Shown: one piece after another, positions 63,301-64,000 of the stretch
How the letters are laid out: each line of letters opens with the position of its first letter
How positions within the stretch are numbered: position 1 is the stretch's first letter
Assembly (NCBI GenBank): GCA_008632985.1
Contig: QPGO01000058.1
Coordinates: forward strand, 124,001 to 188,000
Origin: Psammoneis japonica
Lineage: Eukaryota
Length of the DNA stretch: 64,000 nucleotides
Direction of reading: 5' to 3'
Notes under the pieces: generated by a model
Database searches by the model: none
Seen by the model: only the letters and a program-made list of their open reading frames with translations
Told to the model about the DNA's origin: nothing
Position numbers and translations under genes: made by a program

Positions 63301-63707
63301 CTCGAAACCGATGGACGGCACCAAAGTCTTTCCCCGCTGATAACGTTATAAACGCTTACAGAAACCCAGTGGTCGACAAGTCGCGCCAGCGATTTTCGTG
63401 GGGTGTACCCGACTTACAAAATCTCATTGTATTTTGTAATCGACAGATTGGCTGGAGCAAGGAGGAGACAGAGCAGCTTATCATACCAGTTCTGAAGAAG
63501 ATGGAGAGTGGATCACGACAGACTCGGATGGAATCTTTCTTCATGAAGTACGAAGATGACATTAAGTTTGCGAGAATCAACTCAAAGCGCCTTCGAGACG
63601 TTTTCCGAGGAATTCAAAGTTCGAGGGATGACACTGAGCGAGAGCAGTCAACGCAGGTAGATCTTGGCTCTTCCCGAGAAATTCGAAAGAAGCGAAAGAC
63701 GAACTAA
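60384..63707 (+). CDS. XPG: XPG/RAD2/UVH3 structure-specific endonuclease
   Basis: N domain MGVRGLW...LAIDASIW...PVLVFDG; long acidic spacer; I domain FGIPYVEAPAEAEAQCA...TEDSDVFVFG...LGGDYT; PIP-like QTRMESFF. Confidence 0.95.
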   Translation: MGVRGLWRLLLPIGRRISIETLEGRILAIDASIWLTQFLKAMRDPDTGSVRPAAHLIGFFRRLCKLRYHGIRPVLVFDGATPEIKKREIQQRRRRREQIFSRHEQNTVQRMAKRILAAELKKKKQQIIEKRNKAADGSGSTSASGAYAPGFQLTEEEREEMKQEENVQDSTNDTVKADAESGEKTHLTETETIELLAELNEEENKEEKHETGNNWDTIVIDETASHKENSDEEEYKPSHATDSTEPSLFDPDRIGTLSSHVMKDAIEDARRQQRMRSRREFMPVAAKPEDYSQCQLRNFLRSSRLNKEIQAMATQVAQNRENGAVEGERLASDSTRRIIFIKDTDEASARNDSRNEVLVSRRTGRMTTIQRKQSWSDSEENEWEDPDAEAGHSAAREETKVSGDDDSSSESGGGFLVNESAIQDHDTESNDQGGGFSVENTSDHLPKVSEGANQVEATLESRREQELNDEMIARAIHESEMEGTQDGIALDDEDTSSNAQQIIEASAGTVQSEETPQPRAVAETEQAQAMDDESESSDDDIDWEDGDNEGVGALVTAESQAQMGRASSSGSSRAKDDIDDEFQCSENSDSHSATDGNPEGGTESRALASKDNSLRLGIDDDEERATQHFLEVADSRNGNDENDFFHQQDVDETTAALEHAQATASNLTDWAGRAFRRAIAKHAEETGVHSKRVLDSSKKGQNHPSSDTAVCDKEGSEDATSQQNTFKRHVAIVNDQSITAEISENPTDLDYEPVIQEYSSTRNNPGEADAEYRNSVDLLQGQMESLQEEELKLNEDLNRQERDMDSVTDEMRQEIVSLVQLFGIPYVEAPAEAEAQCAMLEQLGLVDGIVTEDSDVFVFGGKKVYKNIFDDQKYVEAYLAQDAERDLALGRNEFVALAMLLGGDYTDGVKGVGIVNGMEVLQAFDVSVDIKLGLNKFKQWLDGFEPDEALQGPCKEKGTSSAEKVFRAKHKSARNRWTAPKSFPADNVINAYRNPVVDKSRQRFSWGVPDLQNLIVFCNRQIGWSKEETEQLIIPVLKKMESGSRQTRMESFFMKYEDDIKFARINSKRLRDVFRGIQSSRDDTEREQSTQVDLGSSREIRKKRKTN

Positions 63708-63780
63708 AGCAGTGATTACTCCTTGAGAAGTTATCAACGTATGGTAACCTCCCTGCGTCATGGTCGATGATTCATCTCCC

Positions 63781-63999
63781 TCACACCACCACAAAATCAT
63801 CAAGCTCTGGTGAACTATTCTTCGCAGTGTCGTTGTGAAGTTCTCTTCCAGACGATACCAAGACGAGTTGTCCGAGAAGAGCATCAAACTTGGCCAGATC
63901 AGGTCGATACGAATCAATGTACACCACCTTGTAGTCAATCTTGTTGGAAACCAGGCTGGCACGGAACGGAGGGTAACCTTTTCCGACGCATACAACAAC
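63781..63999 (-). CDS. 3' end of a hypothetical protein gene entering from the window edge
   Basis: Open frame VVVCVGKGYPPFRASLVSNKIDYKVVYID...LDDFVVV*, convergent with XPG. Confidence 0.45.
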   Translation of the reverse strand, partial: VVVCVGKGYPPFRASLVSNKIDYKVVYIDSYRPDLAKFDALLGQLVLVSSGRELHNDTAKNSSPELDDFVVV

Positions 64000-64000
64000 T

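Overview
Eukaryotic nuclear DNA, most likely from a diatom or another stramenopile. The evidence is short GT-AG introns, compact genes and gene families typical of diatoms; this is an inference, not a database result. About 15 host genes alternate with five large blocks (~1-830, ~11600-15830, ~19440-28250, ~34070-43560, ~46700-50500; about 27 kb in total). The host genes include an MFS transporter, a GDP-mannose transporter, a C2-domain membrane protein, SNF1/AMPK alpha, a RluA pseudouridine synthase, a START protein, a STAND ATPase, DUF1664, FN2-PhoX, a GLUG/PKD surface protein, an isochorismatase-glutamine synthetase fusion, an F-box-like protein, DOMON-cytochrome b561 and XPG. In the five blocks the TpA dinucleotide has been almost eliminated. 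They contain decayed transposons (Plavaka-like, possibly Harbinger-like) and decayed copies of host-type genes, whose conserved Tyr codons now read Cys or His. Tandem repeat copies show TA, TG and CA at the same aligned position. The main finding is a probable repeat-targeted TpA->TpG/CpA hypermutation process, which looks like fungal RIP running in the opposite direction. The many short Cys/His-rich ORFs in these blocks are a by-product of losing TAA/TAG stop codons. Several host genes carry single-base frameshifts at homopolymer runs, which are probably consensus errors.
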